Shown: positions 13,548 through 26,730 of the stretch, piece by piece
Numbering within the stretch: position 1 is the first letter of the stretch
Layout: the number at the start of each line of letters is the position of its first letter
Assembly: GCA_000165425.1 (NCBI GenBank)
Contig: CT868441.1
Coordinates: 385,769-449,768, forward strand
Length of the DNA: 64,000 nt
Direction of reading: 5' to 3'
From: Paramecium tetraurelia
Lineage: Eukaryota
Made by a program: the position numbers and the translations under genes
Notes under the pieces: generated by a model
Told to the model about the DNA's origin: nothing
Database searches by the model: none
Seen by the model: the letters and a program-made list of their open reading frames with translations, nothing else

Positions 13548-13880
13548 TTTCTATAAAACACTTATTCATTTAGTTATATTGTTAATCCAAATCAAATTAA
13601 AAAATTTTAAAACTAAAATTTTATTTCAATATTGCTTTGTAATTTCTGTAATAAATTAAAAGAATATTTGAATTCCATTTCTATTGATATCATATTTTAA
13701 ACATTCTTTTTTCAATTTAACAGAATAGTCCTATTTTTTATAACTTGATTGTATTATTTAGTTTAAATTAATTTTTATAATAGAACTATGGAGATGAGCT
13801 ATGCTAACTATGGTAGCTAATCTACTCATCAATTTAAGAAGTTGTCTTCTTCAATTAGAATAAATATAATAAAAATAATA

Positions 13881-15836
13881 TCAAGTAGACACTTATAAAA
13901 TAAAATTTAATCCAGAAGTTCCAATCAATCCTAACGTACTTATGCAAACCTATAAAAGTAATTCGTAGGTCATAGCTATGCCCATTACTGTGTACGGTTA
14001 AGATTTCTCTTGGTGACCTAAATCATCATACTAAAATTATAGAGAACATGCAATTACCACATTTTAGATTGAATGAATGCAAAACAAGGAGTAATTCAGA
14101 AATTAGTCATCCTAAACTACACTGCTAGTGGTAGCATTTTCAAGTACTTTTTGGAAAGCCTATTGTAATTAAAATAGAGTTACACTAAAAACTGGATCTT
14201 CAGATTTGAAGGTATAATCCAGAGATTTGAAGATTTGATAAGACAATTATTGAATAAGGAATAGGTTTTTACGTAATAATCCTCTATGAATACACCAGTG
14301 AGCATTAATTCTGGCACCTTGTAATACGAGGGCAATTGAAATCGATGCAATGACCAAAAAATCAACAGTCTATTAGAGTATGCTGTTGATGGTAATAAAT
14401 TCCAAGTAGAAGAGGAATGTCATTATAACCATCATGATGGCATTGAGCAGCATTATAAAGGAAAGCATGAAGGACTATCTCCTTGTGTACTACAACCCAT
14501 AATCTAGAATCATCTTTCTCAGATTGACCCAAGAGTATAAGGATACACAGCACAATAGATTGAGGGTGGGGAACATTTTAGATTCCTAATACACCTCTAC
14601 TTTCTCAGCTGAAATTAGATGAGATAGTTGAGTCATGGCAAATACCTTTCTTCTTAAATCTCTATATGTGATCATCATCAAACCAGTTATAAGGTAAAAG
14701 TACATAAATTAGAAAATGCACATTTGCACAACAATTACGTAATCCTTAACAGATTCGCTGCAGAAGTTCATTATAAAAATATAGGCAATTACTCTCCCTA
14801 ATGCAATTAGGATTGAGAATTTGTTTATGAACATAAGATGACATTTCTTATTGTATTCCTCCACAATTTCTTTGGCTATTGAAATACAATGGGCTGCTAA
14901 ATCCTCATATAACTTATGCCCCCCATTATTAGTATATCCAACTTGAATTCTTTTTTTTCTTTCTGGATTAGGTGCCACCATAAAATAAAAGTGAAAGGAA
15001 GTTGGTTCAATCTGATGTCTCTTCATTGATTATTCAAACTCCTTGGTTATCATTGAAGGTATTTGTTATGCCCAATGATATGGGTTAATGCTCTGTTCAC
15101 ATAAATCCCCTATAACGCTCATATCAAATCTTTCTATGAGGTTCAACTTCGAAGGATGGAAGAATGCATACTTAATCGCATAAGTGACATTCTCAGTTAA
15201 ATAGAGGATACAAAAGAATCCAATTTCGTAATGCGTCTTCTTCTATCCTTCGTTTCCTCCATAGTAAACACAGGATAAGACTATAGTGTAATTTGTGATC
15301 CAACGAAAATAGTTGAATGCTGTTCCTTTAGTGCAACCGTAAATCCTGAAATTGCGCATAAAGTTCATCCATTCTTTGTCGCAGAGTCCGTAGACCAGCA
15401 CAAATGGACCAATTATCGAGAAGAGGATTCTAAGGGCGAGATACTTGATAAAGATTTTGATTCTGAAGTGGACTTCGTGTGGTTGAGTCTGGAGATATTA
15501 TCATAGTAATTATACCCTATATTTAATTGAGGTTGGATCGAAATCACTCATCCTAGATCTTCCTAAATCCTCCCGAAAAAAGAGTGAGGAGCCATGTTTG
15601 GATTTACAGAATGACTCTCTTTCACTTCTCCCTGGGGTTATTCCGATATTGGTTTCGTGTTTATCTTCGAATTCCGATTGGCTCATCTAGGATTGTAGTC
15701 AAAATATTAGTGTTACTTGATTTACAGATACAATCTTATTTTGAATCATAGAAACCCAAGATCTTTGAGGGAACTTCACTTTAACTTGATTTTTCTCTAA
15801 ATCATCTAACTCATTAGCTACTTAATCGTCTGACAT
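13881..15836 (-). CDS. Multi-pass membrane protein, PHTF / 7TM-ion-channel-like
   Basis: Many TM segments. C-terminal half: DLRRKVFAMTQLSHLISA...FPTLNL..VSLYSWVNLRKMILDYG and QPYTVMGIAMTYELLLQVCISTLGLIGTSGLNFILQVST-TGA. Several tiny introns. Confidence 0.65.
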
Positions 15837-15905
15837 TCTTCGATTATTTTATTGTTGATATATTTATTATAAAATATACTGTATAAAAATGATTTAATAT
15901 ATAAT

Positions 15906-16665
15906 TCAAATATCACTTTTATTTGACAATTTATTCAAGTTCTGAAAATTACTACTATTTTCACATCCAATTATAAATAAAACTACATTCGCATTCGTGG
16001 ATTCCATCTCATTCGATTCCACATGTTCAATCTCTGGGAAGATCTTCAAACAAAAATTGTACACATTTTTGCAATCCACACACTTGCACTCAGAATTACA
16101 ATATTTGCCATCTTGATGACAACTACAAAAATTGTTCTGACATTTAGATTTTCCACAAGTACACCCTTTTAAGTATCTTGGTGTCCTTTATTTAATTCTC
16201 TTTTGCTTAACAAGTCTCTTCTAAATTTTCCCCAATTTCTTATTCATTTACATGTTCTAGCAATTTTGGCAACCACAGTGTTTCCCACATGTCTTGCCTC
16301 TTGCAAAACACTCGCAATAACTCTGCTGACACTAAGATTTGCTACATTGACATTTAATTTAAGGTTTTGGAGACATCACTTCACTAGGTTCTATCTCAGA
16401 GCATCTTAAATCATCTAGATCTTCTCCTATTTCGCTTTTGTGGTCTTTCAAGTGGACTGAAGAGCATTGCGTTGAAAATTACACAGAGTTTGGGGCACTG
16501 ATCTATTCAAATTAATCATCAATTGATTAAGCTCTAAATAATGAGTTTAGTCAATTACATGCCAATTTGACTGTCCTCATCTAAGAAGCCTCTGAATGAT
16601 TGACAAATTGACTGATTAATTGCTTCGCATTCTGATTCACTATAGTAGTACATTTATGGATTCAT
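15906..16665 (-). CDS. Tesmin/TSO1-like CRC (CXC) domain protein
   Basis: Two CXC motifs: CQCSKSQCQQSYCECFARGKTCGKHCGCQNCQN and GCTCGKSKCQNNFCSCHQDGKYCNSECKCVDCKN. The 3' end is approximate. Confidence 0.9.
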
Positions 16666-16855
16666 CCTTGTTCAAAATAAATATTTCTCAAGTTTTTGTC
16701 TGGGCAATACAGCTTATATACTTGGAATTCTAGGATAACTCACAAGATACAAGAACAAATAGCTGAGTTTTTTTTGGGCCTAAATTTTGAACAGAATTTA
16801 TTACATAAAGAAATAATTGAAATTCTCTAATGTAATATAATCATCATATATTATT

Positions 16856-17835
16856 ATGTTTTTTAATGAGACTGCGAGTTAATAATAAATCGCTCTTACT
16901 CCGGATTCTAAATTTACTGAGAGAATGAAAATTCCTCAAACTCAAACCAAACAATAGATCATTGAACACCATTAAGGCATTAATAAATTACTTGACAAAA
17001 TGAATGAAACCATCGGCAGAATCTTTAAAACCAAAGAGGATGAATTAAAAGGCAATATCAAATAATAAATTGATGAAGCATAAGCATAAGTAATATAATT
17101 GACTAATGAAACCACAGAAGATCAAGTGCAACGTAAATTGAAAGAGAAAAGACAAGAAATTGAAGAAGAAAGACAAAAAATATTATAATCATCCATGGAA
17201 TTCTCAAACAAATGTATTGAATACAAGAACAGTCTTAGCAAAGTGATGACTACAACTAAAGATCTCATCTCGGAGATCCAATTTCTCGACACTCAATTGA
17301 TGAGTGCCAAAATTACTAACTCATAATTAAAGAAGTAATTAGAAAGCATCTAAACCAACACTGTAAATCAAGACTATTTCAGTCATGAGTCAACCTTCAG
17401 ATAACCAGAAATAACAGGAATGGACATCGAAGGAGTCAATGAACAATATTAAAAGGCTGAATAAGAATTGATTAAAACCAAAAAGATCTATGAGAACATC
17501 GAATAAGTTAAATAGGATTCAGCATTTGAAGAAAATCAGATAGAAAAAATATTCCTAGTAATCTATTCAATTTAACTCTATAGGAGTGTGTCTAAAAAGT
17601 CAAGCAACACAAACTCAATACTGACATCCAAAAAGTGTAATAACAGAGCAAAAACCCCAGACAATTACTTAAACCTATTCAATCAATGAAGCAATTTCAC
17701 AAACAAACAGAAGCATTAAACCAATAAGACTTCATATTTTCAGACATAGAATTCAATGATATTCATAAGAAAATGATTTTCGATGAATTCTTATCAAGAA
17801 ACGAAATCAAAGCTCTGATTTACAATTTGCTTTGA
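16856..17835 (+). CDS. Coiled-coil protein
   Basis: ATG 16856 (MFFNETASQQQ), E/K-rich helices, intron ~17558-17583, TGA 17833-17835. Confidence 0.7.
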
Positions 17836-17916
17836 TATATTACATTTTTAACGCAGTTCCTAAATTCGGCATTAAATATTAAAACAATACTTATTCGATA
17901 TCATATACACATAATG

Positions 17917-18456
17917 TCACCTTTTACTCTTTTTTTATTGCTGCTTTTTAACAGGTTAGTTATTTTACAATTTATTGACAGGTTATTTGTTTTACAATTT
18001 ATTGGTCAATTCTTCCAGTTTTATTTAAACTTATCTTTCTATTTCTTTTTTCTATTCTTGACGCAGAGTTTCCTCTATTCTTTTTAAGTCCTATAGTCGT
18101 TGCATTTCCATTCTGTGAAACTCAATTTGTTATTAAGTGACAACTTGCTTTGGTTCATCCTATTTCTTCTTCACCTCCTCTTACTTCTTTTCTTATAAAC
18201 TTTTCAGAGCCTTTTCCTATTTTTTTTGCTTACTTGATTTATTCTTTTTGGTTTTATCATTCTCCTTTTTCCCTTGATTAGAGTTTGAGACAATAAATGA
18301 ATTTTGTACTTCTTATTGCTATAACTAATTTTATTATTGAGGGGTGTCATCTTCCCATTTTACAATGCCAAAACACTTTAAGAAGAGCATTATAAAATAG
18401 TAGAAGATCTTAAGCAGCACAAAGAGTCCGAATATAGCTTATATTGTTTATAACAT
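17917..18456 (-). CDS. Protein with a single N-terminal TM and a K/E/Q-rich tail, 179 aa
   Basis: MLQTIQAIFGLFVLLKIFYYFIMLFLKCFGIV then a charged region; contains a 27-bp tandem duplication (NKLQNKQPV/NKLQNNQPV, ~17950-18003). 540 nt, no intron. Confidence 0.7.
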
Positions 18457-18818
18457 TAATTTATTTTATAATTAAAACACATGTAAATTAAACATATATT
18501 GAAATTAATAAATCGAACATTAATATATGAAACGTTCTTGAATATTTAATTCATCATCATTTTAGTATTAATTACAATGTAAATTCTGATTATATATAGA
18601 TATTAGGATTATTATTAATATTTGAGATTATTTTTATATTTGAGTTATTGTTACATAACTTTAGAATTTCATCTTAATTGATGATTTCTTTTCTCTCTTG
18701 TAATATAAAATCTTTTGAATGAATCAAATTTATAGCATTTTTACAATGTCAAAAATAGGATATATTATATTTTAATTTGATAAATAAAATCCTTTAGATT
18801 CTAAAAATTAAACATAAA

Positions 18819-20074
18819 TCAATAAAATTAAAATATTTTAGTGTTATTGACACTACTTTTTTTAGATTTTATTCTGAATTGTGACTAATTCTCTTAATAT
18901 GAATATCCTTGAAACAAATGCTGATTTTCTCTTATCAAATGCTAATGCAATCTAATTATTTAGTTGTTTTCTTCGTCTTCATAATATATCTGTGATTAAT
19001 CGAAATTATCTGCAGTTTTAGGAATGAACGGTGCTTTCAACTTTTTCTAAAGAAGCAACTCAAATGGGAAATTCTTGAACCATTTATGCTATCTGGGATT
19101 GATCAATCTGTTTTGTGGTTTCCTCTGCAATAGCAAATTAATGAAGTCAATAGACTCATTTGACCATCCCTCAGTAGAAGTTTGGATCTAGACTTATTTA
19201 GCAAGGATCTACTCTCTGATTTCCCTTCTATTGCCATAATAGGGTCTTCTTCCTGTCATGAATTCATAGCAGATTACTCCCAAGGCGAAGAAGTCAACAG
19301 CTGCACCATGATCTTATCTGAATATGACTTCAGGTGCCATATATCCAGGTGTGCCACTGGTTTCGAAATTCTAACCAGTTTTTTTAATGGCCACACCAAG
19401 ATCAGTAATACGAACATATCCTTGACTATCCAAGATCAAATTTTCTGGTTTGATGTCTCTGTGTATGATATTATTCTCATGCAAATACTCCAATCCAACG
19501 ATAATACAAGCAGCAAAGAATTCTAGTATATATAAAAATAGATTGTATTACTTGTTTACTCTTCTGTGAATTTTCTCAATTTTCCTAGATGGAATCTCAG
19601 ATCACCACCTCCCAAATAATCTAAGACCAAATAGAGATTATTATTGTCTTGAAATGCAGAAAAAGCATTGATTAAGAAATTGTGTCTCAATTCAGTTAAA
19701 AATTATAATTCGCTCATTATACTTTGGACACTTTATTTCAGAAGCACCAAAGCCTTACTGATTTCTTTCATAGCAAAAACCTGTTGTTTATAACTAACTT
19801 TCCACACTTTTCCAAATCCGCCTACTCCAATAATGCATTAAAGTAGAAAATGATGCTTATTTAAGGGGTTGTCTACTTCCATTGAAGTATCCTTTGAACT
19901 TTGTCTCGTATTAAAACTGTTCTTTTGCGATGTCTTATTATTAATATCAGACACCCTCCTACGATTTAACACGTTAATATTTTGAAACAGACAATTGAAA
20001 GAAATGTCATTCTGACTGTGTTTGTAAGGGGAGGAGTATCTTCGCAAGGCAATTTTTAACTTTGTTTCTGTCAT
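18819..20074 (-). CDS. AGC-family Ser/Thr protein kinase
   Basis: [47 protein letters not shown]; intron 19523-19551. Confidence 0.95.
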
Positions 20075-21231
20075 TGGATGACGCAAGCAAATTAATTTTA
20101 ATTAATAAACAGCAGAAATAATATATTATAATGTGTCAATCTTACTTATTTCATATTTTAATGCAATTTATTTATTTATTGTAGACAATCCATTAGATCT
20201 CATTATTTATCATAATAATGAGTCAATTATTTATATAAATTGAAATGCAATCATAGACTAAATTAAAGAATCTATAAAAATTATTTACTAAAACTGCATA
20301 CTCTGATAGATTTTTAGCAGAAGTAAATATTTTCTGTTTTATTGTAGACTCGTAAATAAATTTTAATTGTTCAAAATAACATAAGTAGCATCACTTAATT
20401 TTCTTGCTCTTTTTATTGCCAAATAGGTGTCTGGTTCATTTTAAAAGTATACTGCACTCAATTACTAATCTCAATTTTTTGAAAAAAACCTAAAAACTCA
20501 TGGTGAGATATGGATATGGTTAGAATGAGTAAACGTTAACAAAAACCATATGATTTTTAATAAAACCTAAAAAAAAGTTTTTAATTACCTACAAAAATCT
20601 GTGGTATGTGTTAAAGAGAAAATCAATCAAGGACTGTATGATCATAGCTTAGTAAAAAGTTATCTAAAAAGAAAAAGAGAGGATGTTTTTCGGAGGATAT
20701 AGCTTAAACAGAAAAGACAATAAATTAGCGACTATTAAAACTAGTCATGCCTACAATATAACACAGTTTTAATTCTCTAGTTGAAATGGAAAAAACTCTC
20801 TAAATAACTAAGATACAATAAGTAAAAAATTGGTGGCTACTTAGGTATTGAGACCTAAAACTCATAAATAAGTATCTACACCTGACGTAGAAGATGAAAT
20901 CTCAATAATTAGAGAAGGGAGACTTAAAATAAGAAATCATAACGGTGGTTACCTGAAAATCGATTTAAGAATTTGAATACTCTTTAGAGTTCTAAACGAA
21001 AGTTAAAGGATGTCAAGTTGAATCAGATTAGATCAAAATAAGATTTCTTGGTTGTTGAGAATTTTACTCCATGATTATTTCTGATATTTTCATTTATTTA
21101 GTATTTTGAATTAAGTTAAATCTAAATTTAATGAGTTAAATATAATCTAATGCATTGAATCCTAATAATATATTAAGGAATATTTAAATTACATCACTTA
21201 TAGTAGGTATTTTATAATAATTTTTATTTTA

Positions 21232-21858
21232 ATGCTTGACTGCTGTTCCTTGTGTGAAAAACATAGGGGAAAGATTAAGAAAGGACTATTCTTATTTCCA
21301 GCTGAATTCAAACAATAATATTAGAATTGTTACATTTCATAGATTGTGTTGAAATTGATTGCTTTGAACAACAACCAACCAATTCATTAGGATAGTTTTG
21401 TGGTTATAGACAATGACCTAGTTATCTGTGAATTGTGTTGGTAACTGATGTAATATGGGTTCACATGTTAGAAGTGTAAAACTCTTAATTTTATATAAAA
21501 TGACAATTAAAGGAGATGTCAATTTTGTAACACTAATTTATGCCTAAGTTGTGGGAAGCAATTGGATCTGTTCAGAAACAACCGATTGAATTGTTATTCA
21601 TGTCAGAGACAAGAAATAATTTCATATAAGATTGCCTATATTGTGATGATAATTGTAGTGGGATTACTGCTACCTTATTTGGCTCTCACCTACCTTTTAA
21701 CAAAGTTCTTTGACCCTATTCATTAATACGAGTTTTGTAGGAAAAGTGCCATGAGAACGTTATTGTTATTTGTTATTTTGTTTCCAATAATGTTCCCATA
21801 TGCTTTAATCGAAATTGTTGTTGCTGGCTTCAAAGCAATGATAAGAAATTTAAGGTGA
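21232..21858 (+). CDS. Cys-rich (IBR-like zinc finger) protein with C-terminal TM helices, 208 aa
   Basis: CELC..CQKC...CQFCNTNLCLSC...CYSC followed by two hydrophobic segments; 627 nt, intronless. Confidence 0.7.
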
Positions 21859-21970
21859 ATTTAAAATAATCATAATACTACGATAATTAATTAATTAATT
21901 ATTATTATGGGGCACCCTTACATAATTTAAATGGAGGGAATATTTGAATTAAATATTAATTTTAATAATT

Positions 21971-22528
21971 ATGGCAAACGTGTTCTTTGACATCTCATTT
22001 GGTGGAGCAGCTCCAAGCAGAATCGTTTTCAAGCTCTATGATGACGTCGTTCCCAAGACAGCTAAAAATTTCAGAGAACTTGCCCTTGCAGGTACATGAA
22101 ACTCTATAATTTAGAGCACGGAAAAGGATACAAGGGATCCCCCTTCCACAGAGTCATCACTGATTTCATGGCTCAAGGAGGTGATTTCACAAAACAAAAT
22201 GGAACAGGAGGAAAGTCAATCTACGGTGAGAAATTCCCAGTAAATATCATTTCAATGATTAGGATGAAAATTTCAAACTTAAACACAACAAACCAGCACT
22301 TTTGTCAATGGCCAATGCTGGTCCAAACACAAACGGATCATAATTCTTTATCACCTTTGTTCCATGCCCATGGTTAGATAATAAGCATGTAGTATTTGGT
22401 GAAGTTGTAGATGGATTCCCCACCTTAGAATTATTAAAGAAATGTAATATTTAATATCATATGTAGATTCCTCACCATAAGGTAACCCAAAAATAAACAT
22501 CTAAGTCGTTAATTCAGGAACATTATGA
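21971..22528 (+). CDS. Cyclophilin-type peptidyl-prolyl cis-trans isomerase
   Basis: [68 protein letters not shown]; three 23-nt introns (22092-22114, 22240-22262, 22445-22467). Confidence 0.97.
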
Positions 22529-22594
22529 AAATAAATATACATTCATCATACAAATCAATTCCATTTACATTTAATAAAGTATCTAAATTTAAAT

Positions 22595-22618
22595 TATATA
22601 TATATATATATATATATA
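22595..22618. repeat. (TA)n microsatellite, ~12 units
   Basis: Seen directly in the sequence downstream of cyclophilin. Confidence 0.9.
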
Positions 22619-23202
22619 ATTATGTTTATAATCTCTTTCTTTTCTAATGTTGTGCTCATTTATAATTTATTACTCATAACCCAAACAATATTAAGATATT
22701 TAATTGAAATAATATTATTAGTTGATATCACAAGATAAATATTGTGGAATATTAAATATTAAAGTCTTTTGTAAAAAATTGGTATGAAATACCTTTGAAT
22801 ATCTGTTCAAAATATCAATTGGTTATTCACACGTTAAGGATCATTTTGTTGGAAAAGTTAAGAGGAATCTAAGATTTGGAGATTTTGATTAGAGTTTTAC
22901 ACTATTTGCATTGATTTTCGAATGGGAATATGTGATAAAAATGTAACCATGACTACCTTTCAATTTCTAATTTAACATCCTTGATTATTATACCTTATTC
23001 TTTCTTAAATGATCACAACACATTAATTGTATAATAATATCCTTTTTTATAGTGTTCCCAATACTTGCTTTTTTAATTTTTAATGATTAAAGTAACTTAT
23101 TGAATTAATGTAGAGTTTCATAATATTATAATAATCTCTAAATATCTATTCCCATACAAATTATAATGATATACTAATTAAATTATAATTTTGGTCAATT
23201 TT

Positions 23203-23905
23203 ATGTATAAATTTTCAACGCTAAGGAAACCTTTTGTGTATTTTATTTTAGGAGGTACAAATCAAATTAGATCAAAGGGCCTGGCTCTGGAAAAGGTACT
23301 TAATGTGAATTGTTAAGTAAAAATTTAAAATGCGTGCACTTATCTGCTGGACAATTGTTGAGAAATGCTGTAAGTATTGGATGTATGTGATTAGATTAGC
23401 AATGATTCAGAGCACAAAAGTACGATTGAAAATTGCATAAATAGTGGAAGAATAGTTCCTGTAATATATGTTATTTGATGTTTCTAAGAGTCATGTGACA
23501 ATCAATTTATTGGACAAGGCCATTTTTGAAGAGTAAAGTTCTGAGACATTTTTGATAGATGGATTCCCTCGAAATTATGAGAACATGGAAAATTGGATAG
23601 CATTGATGGATCACAAAATCACATTTAAGAGTGTCATCCACATTCTGTGTTCAAGAGTATGACTGCATTTGTATATACAGGCCACCATGATTTAGAGAAT
23701 AACAGAGAGATCCAAAACAAGTGGGAGGTCAGATGACAACATCTAAACTTTGGAAAAGAGATTCATCACATATTAAAATGACACTTACAAAATAATAGAG
23801 CATTATCGAAATCGAAAGCAATTGATTGAAATTAATGGAGACAACTCAATAGAAACAGTACAAGGAGAAATATTGGAATCACTTAAAAAGCATCACAGTT
23901 AGTGA
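23203..23905 (+). CDS. UMP-CMP kinase / adenylate kinase family protein
   Basis: FILG^GPGSGKGTQC, VHLSAGQLLR, FLIDGFPRN, SGRSDDN; four tiny introns. Confidence 0.93.
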
Positions 23906-24330
23906 ACTTTGATATTCCGTATTTGTTTTATAAATAGTTATAAAACAAATAAAAATTTATAATGTAACCATACGATGGAGTTCAAAGAGCTAATTAATGC
24001 TCTCCGAGGCTGGAGTATGATCTTAATTTTCATCGTATTCCTATCCTAGGCTGATATCAATATCATCTAAGTACACATACGATGCTTAATTAGTTTTATT
24101 CTTAATATTATTATTATTGTTTGATATGAATATTATTATGGGATTCATTTTTTCTCATTCCCAATCTAAATACCAAATGCTCTTGTTTACTCACCTTAAG
24201 TCTGAGTATTATTAAAGACTTCCATGAATGATCTATCTAATTCAATTCACAACTGAATGGAGTTCGAATTTACGTATTTAAGTTATATTAAAAATGTTTA
24301 ATATTAAATATAAAATTAACGATTTTCGAT

Positions 24331-26406
24331 ATGGATCAATAACACTCATAGCATTTCCAAACTTTAGAATGCGTTGTTTCTGAGAGACTAACAACCAGAG
24401 GCAGATCCTAAACCAAGGATACCATTTAGATCGTATCACCTAAACAAAATATTGTTTATGTCCAGAGACAAGCTTAACAAATCATTACCACAACTCAAGC
24501 TCCAATCAGAACAGAAACTTTTGTCAAACCCATCATCTAATAAGTGCAAAAGGTGCAAGTAGTTGATCACAGAGAAGAAGTGGAATTTTATAAGAGCAAA
24601 TGTCTCATCTATGAAAAGCAAATCAGTGAACTCAACATTGAAGTTACGAGATTGAGATCCAATCCTACAGTCTAAGAGAAAATCACTTATGTTGAAGATT
24701 CCCATAAGGTGGCTGAATTGGAAAGATAACTACATATCTACCAAACTGAAATTCATAAAGTAACTGCCTTATTGAAAGAAACCAACATTGAAGTAGACAC
24801 TCTCAAGATTAAGAATTCTCAAATCACTTCCTAATTGGTGTACTACCAATAACAAAGCAGTGATTTTGATAAATTAAAGAAAACCTAAATTGAGGGTGAT
24901 CAATTTTATTAAAATGAAATACAAAGATTAAATGTCCTTGTTCAATAGAGTCAAACCCAATTGCAATCCTTATAAGCCACTTTAATAGATTCGAAGAAAT
25001 ACGAATAACTTTACATCCAACTCCAATCCACTTAAGCCACCTTAACAAATGAATTAGAAAGATGCACTCAAGTATTAAAGATCAAACAAGAAGAATTTGA
25101 AACCACCAAATTATAATTGATAAAAGATCTAGAAATACAATCAATAAGATTGAAGGATTTCGATAGAGAAAATAAGGATCTTAAACAAAAAGAATACTCA
25201 CTCCAATAACAATTAGAAAGGTTGAACAAGGAATATTAAGATCTAAGTGATCGATACAATACTGATATCAGATCCAAAAACGACGAAATCACCAGATTAA
25301 CTACAGTGACTCAAACATTACAATTGACATTCTAGGATACTTCCAAATTCCAAGAATATGAGCACAGATCAAAATTATAGAGTGAAGAAATTCAATTGCT
25401 CAACTAAAAGATCAGATCGAAATAGGATGAAGTAGACAAATGCAAATTGCAATTACATTAATACAATCTTCAACTATAGGAATACTCCAAATACGCTGAT
25501 TTTGAATCTAAGTATAGGAGTATCTAATAAGAATATGAAAGGATTCATAATACTTTGAGATTGAAGATTGAAGAAAATGATAATCTAAGATCCTGCATCT
25601 CCAAATTATAATTAACTATAAGTGACAAGTATAAATCAAATGATTATGAGAACAAAATTGCATTATTGAGTTAAGAAATAGAGAGACTACATTAAAGTTT
25701 AAAGAGTAGACAAGATGAAAATGATAAACTCAGACAAGAACTCTATTCATTACAAACATCATTCCCAGATTAATAAATAGAAATAGATAGACTAAATGCT
25801 CAAATTAAAGTAAGAAATGAAGAATTAGAAAAACATAGATCTAGTTAGATCTCAAATAACGAATCCCTAAGACTTAAAGACTTAGAACAGAAAAATCTAG
25901 TCTATTCAAATGAAATAGATAGACTGAGCAATCTTGTCAGAGTCAAAATCAATGAATCAGAATAATATAAATAGGAATTAGTGAAATTAAGAGATTCATC
26001 TACCAAATTCACTTAAATGTACAACGATAATGAAAAATTAACATCTCTAATCAGAACCTTACAGGATGAACTAGATCAAACTAAAAGAAAATAGAAACTT
26101 GATGAATCGCATCTATATAATGAAAGAATGTAGGTTTTAGTTTAGGAGTTGGATTCTTGGAAGACCTAGTTTATCACTTAAAACAGAGAGTTTCATAAAA
26201 ATTAAGAATTACTTATTTTAGCATAAGCAGAACTAGATTCTTTGAAAAATAAAAGAACTACAACTTTGAAAGTATCAAATCATATAAATAATTCTTAGAG
26301 TGAATAAGTTGTTGACTCCCTTAAAGAAAACAAAGTAGAATTTAAGAAGAATCACACTTCGCAATCCACTTATATCCTGGGAATGTTAAATAATAAACCA
26401 GTTTGA
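24331..26406 (+). CDS. Long coiled-coil (cortical/cytoskeletal-type) protein, 691 aa
   Basis: 2076 nt open in code 6; recurring (L)SQEIERL/EIDRL-type coiled-coil motifs. Confidence 0.8.
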
Positions 26407-26730
26407 AAATTATATAAAACTTTAGTTATAGAATAATATCTAATAATATATATGGGAATTATGGTATTTCATCATTTACTAGTCTATTGAATTAATTATT
26501 ATATTTTTCTATTCATTTATCTTTAGTTGACGTTAGCTCTTAATTATGTTCAACATATTGAGCTTCTTTCTTAGTTAAGATATCAAAATGGATTAAATTC
26601 TAAATGAAAAAGAAATTTCAATGATGTTGGAGAACTTGAAAAACATTTAAAGTTAATAAAAATCAGTGTTTGTTTCAGGTGAAATAAATAATTAACTATT
26701 AGTTTTAAATTATTAATTTATATTTAATGT

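Noticed and set aside
13881..15836. Initial guess of a voltage-gated/CNG potassium channel
   Set aside because: No GYG/GFG pore motif, S4 charge pattern or cNMP-binding domain.
20200..21100. Coding-like fragments on the plus strand
   Set aside because: No continuous frame or recognisable domain; possibly a decayed gene, but not supportable.
23960..24260. Short ORF-like segment between the UMP-CMP kinase and the coiled-coil gene
   Set aside because: I could not resolve a consistent strand, frame or intron model.
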